Assembly: GCA_963798485.1 (NCBI GenBank)
Contig: CAWCTR010000030.1
Span: 1-64,000, forward strand
DNA length: 64,000 nt
Direction: 5' to 3'
Source: an uncultured delta proteobacterium
Lineage (GTDB): Bacteria > Desulfobacterota > Desulfomonilia > UBA1062
Part shown: in pieces, positions 46,767-57,228 of the stretch
Numbering within the stretch: position 1 is the stretch's first letter
How the letters are laid out: every line of letters begins with the position of its first letter
Translations under genes and position numbers: made by a program
The notes under the pieces: model-generated
Seen by the model: only the letters and a program-made list of their open reading frames with translations
Database searches by the model: none
Told to the model about the DNA's origin: nothing

Positions 46767-49700
46767 TCAGGTGACTGCAGCGGGTATTTTCACCTCGACC
46801 TTGTGTTCCTGGTGGTCGTCAACAAGGGGGATCGCCTTGTCTGGTTGACCCTGTCCATCGACTTCCACACGTATCTCGCCGGCTACATCGTGTGTTTGCA
46901 CGACATTGATGTGATAGATCGTCTCCCGATACCGGTAAAGGACCTTGAATGTATCCCAACCCTTAATGGGGAGGCATGGGGTAAAACGCAGTTTGTCCAC
47001 ATCAAGTTTGAGACCCAGGAGCGATTCCACGATCAGCCGGTACATCCAGGCAGCCGAGCCCGTGTACCACGTCCAGCCGCCGCGGCCGGTATGCGGGGAA
47101 AGCGCATAGACATCGGCGGCGACAACATATGGTTCGACTTTATAAGTGCCGGCTTCGCCGGCGGACCTGGCATGATTTATCGGATTGATCATGGCAAACA
47201 GTTCCCAAGCCCGAGGGCTATCGCCTAACGCGGCGAATGCCATGGTCGCCCAGATTGCCCCATGGGTGTACTGCCCCCCATTCTCCCTCACACCCGGGAC
47301 GTATCCTTTTATATAGCCGGGATTCAAATCCGATTTGTCAAACGGCGGGTATAGGAGCCGGATCAGTGAATGCTCCCTGTCAATGAGCTGCTTATCAAAC
47401 GCTTCCATTGCCAGGCGAGAGCGAACGGGATCGCCTGCTCCTGATAGAACCGACCAGCTTTGGGCAATCGAATCAATCCGGCATTCGGGATTGCTCGCCG
47501 ATCCAAGCGGCGTTCCATCGTCAAAGAATGCGCGGCGGTACCACTGCCCATCCCAGCCGTTCCGCTCGATATTTTCACGAAGCACCTGGGCCTCCTGAAG
47601 GCAGCGTTCGGCAAAGGACAGGTCGAGAGTCCTGCGGGCTACCTCACGGAACTGCATAAGCACATCATACAGGAAAAAGGCCAGCCAGACACTTTCACCT
47701 TTGCCGTGTTCGCCCACAAGGTTCATACCGTCATTCCAGTCACCGGAACCCATGAGCGGCAGGCCATGCTCACCAAAATCGAGGCCTTTGACGATGGCCC
47801 GGACACAGTGTTCATACAGACCGGCTACGACCCCGGATTGTGCCGGCAGATCGTAATATGAGTCCTCGTCCGTGTTTACCGGACGGCCTTCTATGAAGCC
47901 CACGGGTTCATCCAGTACACCGGTATCACCGGTGGAGAGGACGTAACGGCAGGTAGCCATAACGAGCCAGAGAAAATCGTCCGAACAATGTGTGCGCACT
48001 CCCCGGCCTAACGGGGGATGCCACCAATGCTGGACATCTCCCTCCTTAAACTGGCGTGCCGCGCACTTGAGGAGATGCTCGCGCACGAGGTGCGGCTGCG
48101 TGTGAATGAGCGCCATCACGTCCTGCAACTGGTCGCGGAAACCGAATGCCCCTCCGGACTGGTAATAACCGCTCCGTGCCCAGAGGCGGCAGACAAGCGT
48201 CTGGTATAAAAGCCAGCCGTTTGCCATGATGTTCACCGCCATGTCGGGTGTTTCCACCTGTATTGCACCGAGCGTGTGGTTCCAGTACTGCCAGAGGGTT
48301 TCAAGCTCGCCGCGCGCGGCCGCAGAACCGCGGAAGCGATGAACCAGGTTGACGGTATCATCGGCATCTTGCCCTGTGCCGAGCCTGAAGATGATCTCAC
48401 GCTCCTGGCCGTCTGCAAGCTCGAAGGGAACCTGGATGGCGGCGCAGGGATCGAGGGCAGCCCCTACTTTATTGGAAAGCCGCATCCTCTTTAGGGCAGC
48501 CGGATTTTTGAGCGTGCCGCCACGTCCGATGAACTCCGTTCGATCGCCGCTTACGCTCCGGGTCATATCATCCACATCGAAGAAGGCGATCCGGCCGGGG
48601 AACTCAGTGTTGTAAGGGTTCCGGGCAAACAGGGCGCCGCTTGCCGGGTCGATCTCGGTAATCACATGCATGGCCGATTTCGGCCTCAGGTCTCCGAGCA
48701 CCCACTCAACGTAACCCGTCACAGAGAGCCGGCGGCTTCGGCCCGACTCGTTTCGCACTTTGAGTACGGTGAACTTGACCGGTGCGTCCAGTGCCACGTA
48801 AATCCACACCTCTGAGCGGATGCCGCGCTCCGTATGCTCAAAGACGCTGTAGCCGAATCCATGCCGGGTGACGTAAGGCATGGCCCCTTGGCTTGGCAGC
48901 GGCATGGGCGACCAGAAGTGGCCGCGCTCTTCATCACGAAGGTAAAACGCCTCTCCGCTTGAATCGCCCACGGGATCGTTGTTCCACGGAGTGAGGCGGA
49001 ACTCGTGGGCATTTTCGCTCCAGGTGTAGGCAACCCCGCTCTCTGAGACGATGGTCCCAAAGTGCGGATTCGCCAGCACATTCACCCACGGCGCCGGTGT
49101 CACCTGATCTTGGGCTGTGGTAATTACGTACTCTTTCCCGTCAGGGGTGAATCCTCCGATCCCATTGAAGAAGTTCAGATCATGGCGAGGTAGCGCTCCA
49201 ACTGTCTTTGGTTCAAGGCGGTGTGTCCGGGTCGGGATAAGATACGGCAAGGCTGGTTCGACGATGCCTCGCCGGTAGAGCTGTTCCGCCAGGGCCCCCC
49301 GGCTGTCCGTAATGATGGCACGGGCAACCGTTTGGAAGAGGATGCGGTCTTCGTTCGATATCTGCTCGGCGAGCCTTACAAAGATGCCTCCCGGCCGGTC
49401 AGTCACGTTGACTTCGATGCCTGCGGCAATGAGCCCCATGATCTGGTCGTGCAGAAGTTGCCGGTACCCGGCGTGATCTTCGTTCCATATCACCAGGTCC
49501 ACGGTCAGTCCTTTTAAACGCCAGTACGCGTGGGCCTGGACGAGTTGGCGTACCAGTTCAATATTGGATGGATCTTTGATCTTAAGCAGCACAATGGGGA
49601 AATCGCCTGAAATGGCGTAGCCCCAAAGGCCGGATTGCCCGCGATTGTTTTTGATGAGGAGGCTTGTCTCGGCCCGCAGCGACGAATTGGCATAGATTAC

Positions 49701-52700
49701 GGAACCGGCAAGGCGTCCATAGAGCTGTGCGTCTGCTTCCGTGATATTGAGCTGCCGCAGGGTCACCTGAGAGTGTGTCCACGCCAGATCGAAAACGCGA
49801 TCCGCGAGACGACGGTCCGGGTATTTTTCTATAAGACTCAACGCTGAGTCCCTTGTTTCACCGACACCGGTGACCATATCGATCGTGGCCGATTTTCCCG
49901 GATCGAGCATGATCAGGTGCCGGATCGCGACAATCGGATCGAGCACGGAGCCGTCGCTGCCCGAGAGCGCAGCAGATCCCCTCAATGCCTGAGGAAAGGC
50001 AAGGGTGTTAGTGCGGCCGATGAACCGCATGCGGTCGGTCTCATAGGAAACTTCTCCGGTATCCACCCCGTGCACGGCCATCAGGTGAAACATCCACGGA
50101 ACCGGCTCATCCTTGGAGCGTCTCCGGCGCGTACAGAGGATCGCACGGTGTTGGTGGAGGATCTCGGTCTGGACAAAGAGGTTGCTGAACGCCGGATGCA
50201 ACGCATCAGTGGCAGCAGGTGCGAGGACGACTTCCGTGTAACTCGTCACCTCGATCTCTCTGTGCCTGCGCGAACGGTTGGTGATGCGGACCCGGCGCAA
50301 CTCGATATCATCCTCAGGAGAGACGGCGATCTCGGTATGCATGTCGATATCATTGTCGCGGCGGCGAAACTCTGCACGACCCTCTGAGAAGATCACCTCA
50401 TAGAACTTCGGTTGTTTCAGGGTCGGCTGGTAGGTACTTGACCAAAACTCCTCGCTTTCCCTATCCCGGATGTAACAGAATGTTCCCCAGTTATCGCTGG
50501 TAGTGTCTTCGCGCCATCGTGTGACTGCGATGTCTTTCCAGCGGCTGTAGCCGCCTCCCGAATTCGTGATCATAACGTGGTATCTGCGGTTCGATAACAA
50601 CTGAACTTCAGGAACCGGTGTGTCCGGGGTACTGAGGACACGTACCGGGGTCTCCGGACCAACGGGAGTCGTGCGTAGATCTGAGAGCTCCGTGGTGTGC
50701 GAATAGAACGCCGTGGCCTTGGGAACACGCTCCTGAAGCAAAAGTGTTGTTGAGCGGAAAAGCGGATCAGACTCGAATCGTTGCTGCATCGGATGGTCCA
50801 TGAGGATATAGTCCAGGGCCAGGAGGCTCATGCCCTGGTGATGTGCCATGAAGGACCGGACCACGGCGTAGGGTTGCCCGCGCGTCTGACGTGAAGGCGT
50901 GTAGTCGATTGCTTCAAAAAGTCCGAATCTTCCCGCAAACCCCTGCCCGGCGAGTCGCTGCAGATTTAGGCACGCCGCCTCAGGCGCCACCATCAGCGCC
51001 AGCGCCGAGGCATAGGGTGTAATGACAATATCCTCGGCAAGACCGCGTTTGAGCCCCAGGCCGGGTACGCCGAATGCGCGGTACTGGTAGTTAAGATGAA
51101 CATCAACCATGTTGTATCCGGATTCCGAAATACCCCACGGGACCCCTCGGTGCTTCCCATACTCGATCTGTCTGGCTACTGCCGCCTTGTAGGTCCGGTC
51201 GAGCAGGGTGTTTTCGTATGTCGGCATTACAAGAAGCGGCATGAGGTACTCGAACATCGAGCCGTCCCAGGAGAGAAGAACCGGATCTCCGCCGACATTT
51301 GTGAGAAGGCGTCCCAGGGCGAACCAGGACTCCTGAGGCAGTTGTCCCTGGGCAATCGCCACGAAACATGACAATCGTGCCTCCGAAGCCAGCAGGTCGT
51401 AGAAACTCGAATCCCGCCGGTCCTCCCCGACGTTGTACCCGATCGAGAGCAGATGACGCGCCTTGTCGTACAGGAAGCCATACTCCATGTTAGCCAGTTC
51501 GTTTAATTGCCGGGCAAGGGTGGCGATCGTTGCTATTCTCTCTTGGGCACGACTGCTTGCTTCACTGATGAGATCTCGAAGCTGGAGAAGCCAAAGTGTT
51601 TCCCCGGGCGTCTCGTACGCCGCTTGTAGTCGGCTGATTTCCGGTAGTAACTCCTTATCGAGCCTTGCCAGTTCGGCGAGTGTCGGGATTTCTCCGATGA
51701 TCTTGAAATCACTGAGCCGCTCGGGTACGCCAGGAAGCGCTGTCCACGGGGCGAGAAATGTCAGCTCATCCAACGCGTTGCGGCATTGCCGGGCTATGGC
51801 TGACGCCCACCACTTCGCTTCGCTCTCAGGCCCGGCAGCCAGCGGGCGGACCAGATCCTCGGCGAACGCCGTCAACCTCTCAATGCAGAGCCGTACCGCA
51901 GAGAGCGTAACCGGCCGGGAGAGGGTTGCAGAGGCCAGATCACTCTGAAACCCTGTGAGCGTGGCTGAAGCGTCTTCCCCTGCATCCTCCATGATGATAC
52001 CGAGTATGTCGCTTAACCCTTCAAACATCTGCGGACTCACTATCTTGTGACCGGGAAGCGCAAGCAGGCCCGAGCGCAATGTCAGCAGGTGAGCCCCGAG
52101 GTTCCCGCTGTCCACCGAAGAGATGTACAGAGGCGGCTGCGGATTCAAGGACTGCGTGTCATACCAGTTGTAGAAGTGGCCCTGGTAGCGTTCCAAGGCC
52201 TCCATGGTCCGGATTGCGTTCGCTGTGCGATTAAGGACATGTCCGAGCGGGATATAGCCGAAGTCATATGCGGTAAGGTTCGCAAGAAGTGCAATGCCCA
52301 TGTTGGTGGGCGATGTGCGATGTGCAACCGGAGCAGGGCGATTCTCCTGATAACTGTCAGGCGGCAGCCAATGATCCTCCGGGCCGACGAATGTTTCGAA
52401 AAATGCCCAGGTCTTTCGGGCGATCTTCCTTAGAAAGATCGTCTGATCGACGCTCAGCTGTGCTTCCGGAAGAGCGAAGGGCCGGCTGATCCACCACGCG
52501 ACAGCAGGTGAGGCAAACCAGAGGCCCAGTATGGGCCAGGCATAAACCAATGATGCCGGTCTCGAAAGTGCGAGCCGGATAATTGCGGCAATGGAAAGAC
52601 AAGGGGCTAGCCACATGGTCCGGCACGAACCGAGAAGGTTCGTGCGGCTATCCGGGTTGCCCGAAGTATTCCATTCGAGCAATCGTTTGCGGGCGATCAG

Positions 52701-55481
52701 CAATCGCCATGTGGTGCGCGAAACCGCATCCAGACTGTAGAACGCCTCATAGGGAAGGCAGGTCAGCGTGAATACCGCCCGGGCGAAGTTCCATCCGGCC
52801 AAACGTACTGAGGCTGAGAGGTGTTGGCCCAGCAGCACATCTCGCGGCTTCCGGCACATTTCAAGAACCGATGCAACCACGGGCTGAATCAGGAGGAGCC
52901 CGATCACCGAAACGGTCCAAAGCCAGGCCGGTGACAGGACACTCCAGGAAAGCAGCAACAGCAGGGTCAATGCCAGAGGCACGAGACTGCGACGCAGGTT
53001 GTCAAAGATCTTCCATTGTGACAGCCCGGTCAGAGGATTCTTCTCACGATGCCCGTCTTGAACCGGAACACGGGACAACAGCCAGCGCGCAATCTGCCAA
53101 TCGCCGCGAATCCACCGATACCGGCGATTCACGTCCGCGCTGTAGCGAGATGGATATTCCTCGTAGAGCAGAACATCAGAGAGCAGCCCGGAGCGGACAT
53201 AGCACCCTTCCACAAGGTCGTGGCTGAGGATTTTGTTCTCGGGGAATCGCCCATGAAGGGCCAGTTCAAACGCATCGACATCATAGATTCCCTTGCCGAT
53301 GAACGAACCCTCACCGAAAACATCCTGATAAATATCGGATATGACGCGGGTATACGGATCAATGCCCGGATCACTTCCATATAACCTGGCATACCACGAT
53401 CGGTTCGTACCCGGCAGGCTCACGGCCACACGCGGCTGCAGGATGCCGTACCCAATACTCACCCGCTGAATTTTTTCATCATAGAGCGCCCGATTCAGCG
53501 GATGGGCCATGGCTGCCACAAACTGTCTGGCCGAGTCGCGCGGGAGCCCTGTATCCGTGTCCAGGGTAATCACGTACTTAACGTCCAATAGCAGGTCCGT
53601 GTTCCCGACCAGAAGCGAGAAGTGATCCTTTGAACCACCGCGTAGAAGCGAATTCAAATCCGCAAGCTTTCCCCGCTTACGTTCGTAGCCCATCCAGATC
53701 CGCTCCTGCGGGTTCCAGAGGCGCGGTCGATGGAAAAGGAAGAACATATCGCCGTGAGCACCCCGGTACTTTTCATTCAGCTCTTCGATTTTCTTACCCA
53801 CCAGCCGCACCAGCGATTCATCCTGTGGTAAAGTTTTCTCATGTGCGTCGGTGAAGTCAGTCAGCAGGCCGAAGTGCAGGTTATCGTCACGATTCGCCAG
53901 GAACCGGACCTCGAGCGCCTCGACGAGATTCTCAATGTTCTGGGCGCTTCCAAGCATGGTCGGTATCACCACCAGGGTGTGGAATTCCGGAGGAATTCCT
54001 TCTGAAAAGTCCATACGCGGTAGCCTATGCGGCGTAACCAGAAATGTCGCCAGCCAGTTCACCAATGCGATAGCAAGATGACTGGTGCACAAAACCAAGA
54101 GGATACCGATCAGCGTGAGGAGCCGGCCATGAATCCCATCGGCATGAGCCTTAGCCAGCAGGCTTAAGGTAAAGATTGCTGTCGTCAGTATTATCGAGCC
54201 TAGATAGAGGGGCAAAGGAAATTGGCGGCTCATTCTCTGAAGGACCTCAGCATTGGACAGACGCATCTGTGCGAGGTGTTCCAGCTGCTGCAAGCCCTTG
54301 TCGATCAGATAGAACCCGACATGTGCCGATCGATCGTCGTCGCCGCCATTCTCAGCGCCATCGTGTGCCAGTCGGATCGCACGGCTCGCAACCTCTTCTT
54401 CGGTATTCATGCTGTTCTTCGCTATCTTCTCAACTACATGACGGTATCGATCACGGGTGGCAAAATCCATCTTGGGGTAGACTCCGGAAGGATCCTCACG
54501 CAGTATCTGCTCGACAAAGCTCCTCATCTCGACGAATTCTTGCCAGTCAATCGCCCCTAAGAGCCGGAGACTGCCGATACTGTTGCTTATGGAGACCTGG
54601 TCGGCGGCCTGTTGTTGGGCCTCCGACTGAACCAGCTGCTCAATGGTCAGACCGGGCTCAAAGAGCCACTGCTCGATCCAGGTGAGCGGCAACGCCAGAG
54701 CATGGCCCTGACCCTGCAAACGGCGCGTAAGTTCTGCAACAAATGAGCTCGACAGGGGTGGGTTTGAACGCGCCATGTCCGCGATCACCATGATCAGGCT
54801 CTTCGGGTCTTTCTCGGCGATTGCCGTCATCTTGTCCGCCCATGAGTCGGCCAGGTTCCGATCGAGTCTGTCAGCGGCGAGGCGAGCCCCAACACGCCGG
54901 AGATTCTCGATCAGTGCCAGGCGCAGCATTATGGGTATTGCCCATAATTCGCCCAACTTCAGCGCAGTGACCTGCTGGTAGGCTGCAATGAAACTGCTTA
55001 AGCTTCCCTCATCCACCCGTCCATCGCCGTGCGATATCGTCTCCAGGGCAATGTCATACACGCGTGGGAGCCCGGCCGATGGCCCGCTTAATAAGCGGGG
55101 CAGTTCCCGGCTGTAACCCTTAGGCAAGTGCTTTTTGGCTGTGCGAATCTGCTCTTTTATCAGGTAGAAATTATCAAGCAGCCATTCCCCGGCCGGCGCA
55201 ATCCGGCGGTTTGCCTTTACGGCCGAAGTCAGCAGGCTGCAGATTTCAGTCAGGACGCCTTCATTCTCGGTCAGTCTCGCCAGAAGCTGTTCCGGAGCGC
55301 GTTTCTTAACCAGCTTATGCGAGTTCGCCAGCACCCTTCCATGCTGCCTCATCTGATCACGGCTGAGCAGTTCCGCCCGCAACGGTGGCTCATCATGAGT
55401 GTATTTTTTTGCAGAATTTTCTTTGAAGCGTGACCTCAGAGAAAGCAAGGACTTTCGAATCGTTGTATTGACAACATTCAC
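46767..55481 (-). CDS. ndvB: Cyclic beta-1,2-glucan synthase (Cgs/NdvB/ChvB; GT84 plus GH94 phosphorylase)
   Basis: 2904 aa. WLLDNFY, ERKRGKL, TLDTDT, SHDLVEG, RWIRGDWQ, YDLLASEARL, GAFGFRDQLQD, GDWNDG, ENGGQYTH. Confidence 0.95.
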   Translation of the reverse strand: MNVVNTTIRKSLLSLRSRFKENSAKKYTHDEPPLRAELLSRDQMRQHGRVLANSHKLVKKRAPEQLLARLTENEGVLTEICSLLTSAVKANRRIAPAGEWLLDNFYLIKEQIRTAKKHLPKGYSRELPRLLSGPSAGLPRVYDIALETISHGDGRVDEGSLSSFIAAYQQVTALKLGELWAIPIMLRLALIENLRRVGARLAADRLDRNLADSWADKMTAIAEKDPKSLIMVIADMARSNPPLSSSFVAELTRRLQGQGHALALPLTWIEQWLFEPGLTIEQLVQSEAQQQAADQVSISNSIGSLRLLGAIDWQEFVEMRSFVEQILREDPSGVYPKMDFATRDRYRHVVEKIAKNSMNTEEEVASRAIRLAHDGAENGGDDDRSAHVGFYLIDKGLQQLEHLAQMRLSNAEVLQRMSRQFPLPLYLGSIILTTAIFTLSLLAKAHADGIHGRLLTLIGILLVLCTSHLAIALVNWLATFLVTPHRLPRMDFSEGIPPEFHTLVVIPTMLGSAQNIENLVEALEVRFLANRDDNLHFGLLTDFTDAHEKTLPQDESLVRLVGKKIEELNEKYRGAHGDMFFLFHRPRLWNPQERIWMGYERKRGKLADLNSLLRGGSKDHFSLLVGNTDLLLDVKYVITLDTDTGLPRDSARQFVAAMAHPLNRALYDEKIQRVSIGYGILQPRVAVSLPGTNRSWYARLYGSDPGIDPYTRVISDIYQDVFGEGSFIGKGIYDVDAFELALHGRFPENKILSHDLVEGCYVRSGLLSDVLLYEEYPSRYSADVNRRYRWIRGDWQIARWLLSRVPVQDGHREKNPLTGLSQWKIFDNLRRSLVPLALTLLLLLSWSVLSPAWLWTVSVIGLLLIQPVVASVLEMCRKPRDVLLGQHLSASVRLAGWNFARAVFTLTCLPYEAFYSLDAVSRTTWRLLIARKRLLEWNTSGNPDSRTNLLGSCRTMWLAPCLSIAAIIRLALSRPASLVYAWPILGLWFASPAVAWWISRPFALPEAQLSVDQTIFLRKIARKTWAFFETFVGPEDHWLPPDSYQENRPAPVAHRTSPTNMGIALLANLTAYDFGYIPLGHVLNRTANAIRTMEALERYQGHFYNWYDTQSLNPQPPLYISSVDSGNLGAHLLTLRSGLLALPGHKIVSPQMFEGLSDILGIIMEDAGEDASATLTGFQSDLASATLSRPVTLSAVRLCIERLTAFAEDLVRPLAAGPESEAKWWASAIARQCRNALDELTFLAPWTALPGVPERLSDFKIIGEIPTLAELARLDKELLPEISRLQAAYETPGETLWLLQLRDLISEASSRAQERIATIATLARQLNELANMEYGFLYDKARHLLSIGYNVGEDRRDSSFYDLLASEARLSCFVAIAQGQLPQESWFALGRLLTNVGGDPVLLSWDGSMFEYLMPLLVMPTYENTLLDRTYKAAVARQIEYGKHRGVPWGISESGYNMVDVHLNYQYRAFGVPGLGLKRGLAEDIVITPYASALALMVAPEAACLNLQRLAGQGFAGRFGLFEAIDYTPSRQTRGQPYAVVRSFMAHHQGMSLLALDYILMDHPMQQRFESDPLFRSTTLLLQERVPKATAFYSHTTELSDLRTTPVGPETPVRVLSTPDTPVPEVQLLSNRRYHVMITNSGGGYSRWKDIAVTRWREDTTSDNWGTFCYIRDRESEEFWSSTYQPTLKQPKFYEVIFSEGRAEFRRRDNDIDMHTEIAVSPEDDIELRRVRITNRSRRHREIEVTSYTEVVLAPAATDALHPAFSNLFVQTEILHQHRAILCTRRRRSKDEPVPWMFHLMAVHGVDTGEVSYETDRMRFIGRTNTLAFPQALRGSAALSGSDGSVLDPIVAIRHLIMLDPGKSATIDMVTGVGETRDSALSLIEKYPDRRLADRVFDLAWTHSQVTLRQLNITEADAQLYGRLAGSVIYANSSLRAETSLLIKNNRGQSGLWGYAISGDFPIVLLKIKDPSNIELVRQLVQAHAYWRLKGLTVDLVIWNEDHAGYRQLLHDQIMGLIAAGIEVNVTDRPGGIFVRLAEQISNEDRILFQTVARAIITDSRGALAEQLYRRGIVEPALPYLIPTRTHRLEPKTVGALPRHDLNFFNGIGGFTPDGKEYVITTAQDQVTPAPWVNVLANPHFGTIVSESGVAYTWSENAHEFRLTPWNNDPVGDSSGEAFYLRDEERGHFWSPMPLPSQGAMPYVTRHGFGYSVFEHTERGIRSEVWIYVALDAPVKFTVLKVRNESGRSRRLSVTGYVEWVLGDLRPKSAMHVITEIDPASGALFARNPYNTEFPGRIAFFDVDDMTRSVSGDRTEFIGRGGTLKNPAALKRMRLSNKVGAALDPCAAIQVPFELADGQEREIIFRLGTGQDADDTVNLVHRFRGSAAARGELETLWQYWNHTLGAIQVETPDMAVNIMANGWLLYQTLVCRLWARSGYYQSGGAFGFRDQLQDVMALIHTQPHLVREHLLKCAARQFKEGDVQHWWHPPLGRGVRTHCSDDFLWLVMATCRYVLSTGDTGVLDEPVGFIEGRPVNTDEDSYYDLPAQSGVVAGLYEHCVRAIVKGLDFGEHGLPLMGSGDWNDGMNLVGEHGKGESVWLAFFLYDVLMQFREVARRTLDLSFAERCLQEAQVLRENIERNGWDGQWYRRAFFDDGTPLGSASNPECRIDSIAQSWSVLSGAGDPVRSRLAMEAFDKQLIDREHSLIRLLYPPFDKSDLNPGYIKGYVPGVRENGGQYTHGAIWATMAFAALGDSPRAWELFAMINPINHARSAGEAGTYKVEPYVVAADVYALSPHTGRGGWTWYTGSAAWMYRLIVESLLGLKLDVDKLRFTPCLPIKGWDTFKVLYRYRETIYHINVVQTHDVAGEIRVEVDGQGQPDKAIPLVDDHQEHKVEVKIPAAVT

Positions 55482-55905
55482 TCTTGAGGTCTCCTTTTAG
55501 ACCTACCTCATGTTCATGGCGGGACACATCACTGAAATCCTCAATTTATCTTACCCGGAAGGGTAGGTCCAGTTTAATCGGTTCTATTTTGTGCAAACTG
55601 ATGTTAAGCTGGTTTATCTCTGAATAAATCGAGGGTGATTGTTTGGAAATAATGAAAAGAGAAGTTCATGAACTTTCACAACAGCTCCTGCACAAGGAAT
55701 ATGATTCGCCTTCTGACCTTGTTGATAGAAGGGCTGAAAGGAGTAAAGCCGGAAGGCAAATACTATTGAACTTGGGAAGACTCTTATATATTCTTGCGGA
55801 GTCTGTCGCCCATTAAAAATATTTTCTATAACCAAGATAATAATTAATTGTCTCTATCCATGAGAACATACAATGAATGCAGGAATCAGAAAAAAGGGCA
55901 TTGAA

Positions 55906-57228
55906 ATGTTTTGGAATATGAGGCTTCTGAAAAACCTGGCATCATTGCGCCTTACCGTGGGGCTTCTGCTCTGGCTCGCCTTTCTGTGCATTCTCGGTAC
56001 CATCATACCCCAGCAGCCCTTTCCCTCAGCAGCCGGTGTGCCCTTTGCCATGCATGTTATCATGCTGTTGAGCCTGAGAGACGTATTCCATTCTCTCTGG
56101 TTCCTCATCCCCACGACAGGGCTCTGCTTGAACGCGATTGCCTGCATGTATCTGTGGAGGAAGGCCTTTGGAGGGTCCTCCTTCATGCCCAAGGCCGGCC
56201 TGTATGAGGTAACCATTCCCGATGAAGGCAGGCAGGATCAGATCAGTGAGGATATCACCAGCTTCATGAACGACACGCACAGGACACTCCGCTACTATGA
56301 AGGTAGCAGAGAGATTATCATGGGAGAAAAGGGGAGGGCCCGTCGGTTTGCACCGTTTATAGTGCACGGCAGCATCCTCATGATCCTGCTTGGTGCGGGT
56401 CTGGGGTTTCTCGGTTACAAGGGGAGCCTTGAAGTCCCTGTGGGCCGGACATCGGATACGGTCACGCTGAGCAACGGATCGATCATGCACCTGCCTTTTC
56501 AGGTCCGTTGTGATGACTTCAAGATGGAGCTCTACGACAACGGCATGCCCAAGGAGTACCGCTCAGAGATCTCGTTCCTTCAAAGAGGCAGTATCGCCCG
56601 GCATGCATCCGTCCTGGTCAATCATCCGGTGAGCTTCAGCCGTGTCCTATTCTCGCAGAGCGGATACAACCAGAACCTTATGGCAACCATAACAGTGAGC
56701 ACCCCTGCCGGCAACGACCAGATCAATGCAGCCGAGGGTGCGGTCATTGAGTTGCATGACACCGGATACAAGGCCCATGTAGTCAAGGTTGTGGAGGACA
56801 TCATGCATATGGGCCCCGGCGTTCAGCTTGTCGTTGAGACACCCAAGGGCGCGCAGGAGGTGTGGGTCTTCAAACAGATTGAACAGATCCAGGCTATGCA
56901 CCCCGGGATCATTGAAAAGATGCCCCAGTTCAATCCTTCCCTTGTTAAGCCTTACACCTTCTCCCTGATGGGCGTCACCGGCAGCTACACCACGATCCTG
57001 GGCATCAATTACGACCCCGGGGTCGTCTTTGTGGGGCTGGGGTCAGTCCTCTTCATGGCAGGCATCTGCATTGCCTTCATGGTTGTCCATGAAAGGGTCT
57101 GGATTTCCCTGGAAAAGGCGCCGCCGGGCCTGACGATCAAGGTCGCACAGCGCAGCAACACAAGACCGGCTGCTATCAGTCCGCGTATCCTGGAACACCT
57201 CAGCAGCCTTACCGGGGTAAAATCATGA
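55906..57228 (+). CDS. resB: Cytochrome c biogenesis protein ResB/Ccs1 (system II)
   Basis: LASLRLT...GTIIPQ, conserved TM His (FIVHGS), VNHP, QSGY, DPG before the last TM helix. Start codon uncertain. Confidence 0.9.
   Translation: MFWNMRLLKNLASLRLTVGLLLWLAFLCILGTIIPQQPFPSAAGVPFAMHVIMLLSLRDVFHSLWFLIPTTGLCLNAIACMYLWRKAFGGSSFMPKAGLYEVTIPDEGRQDQISEDITSFMNDTHRTLRYYEGSREIIMGEKGRARRFAPFIVHGSILMILLGAGLGFLGYKGSLEVPVGRTSDTVTLSNGSIMHLPFQVRCDDFKMELYDNGMPKEYRSEISFLQRGSIARHASVLVNHPVSFSRVLFSQSGYNQNLMATITVSTPAGNDQINAAEGAVIELHDTGYKAHVVKVVEDIMHMGPGVQLVVETPKGAQEVWVFKQIEQIQAMHPGIIEKMPQFNPSLVKPYTFSLMGVTGSYTTILGINYDPGVVFVGLGSVLFMAGICIAFMVVHERVWISLEKAPPGLTIKVAQRSNTRPAAISPRILEHLSSLTGVKS

Noticed and set aside
55500-55870. 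Riboswitch (e.g. c-di-GMP-I) or 73-aa ORF upstream of cgs
   Set aside because: GGCAAA is present but the other conserved riboswitch elements are not, and the ORF has no SD or recognisable features.
38027-55870. Prophage or ICE at tRNA-Leu
   Set aside because: No integrase, att duplication, phage structural genes or conjugation genes were seen.
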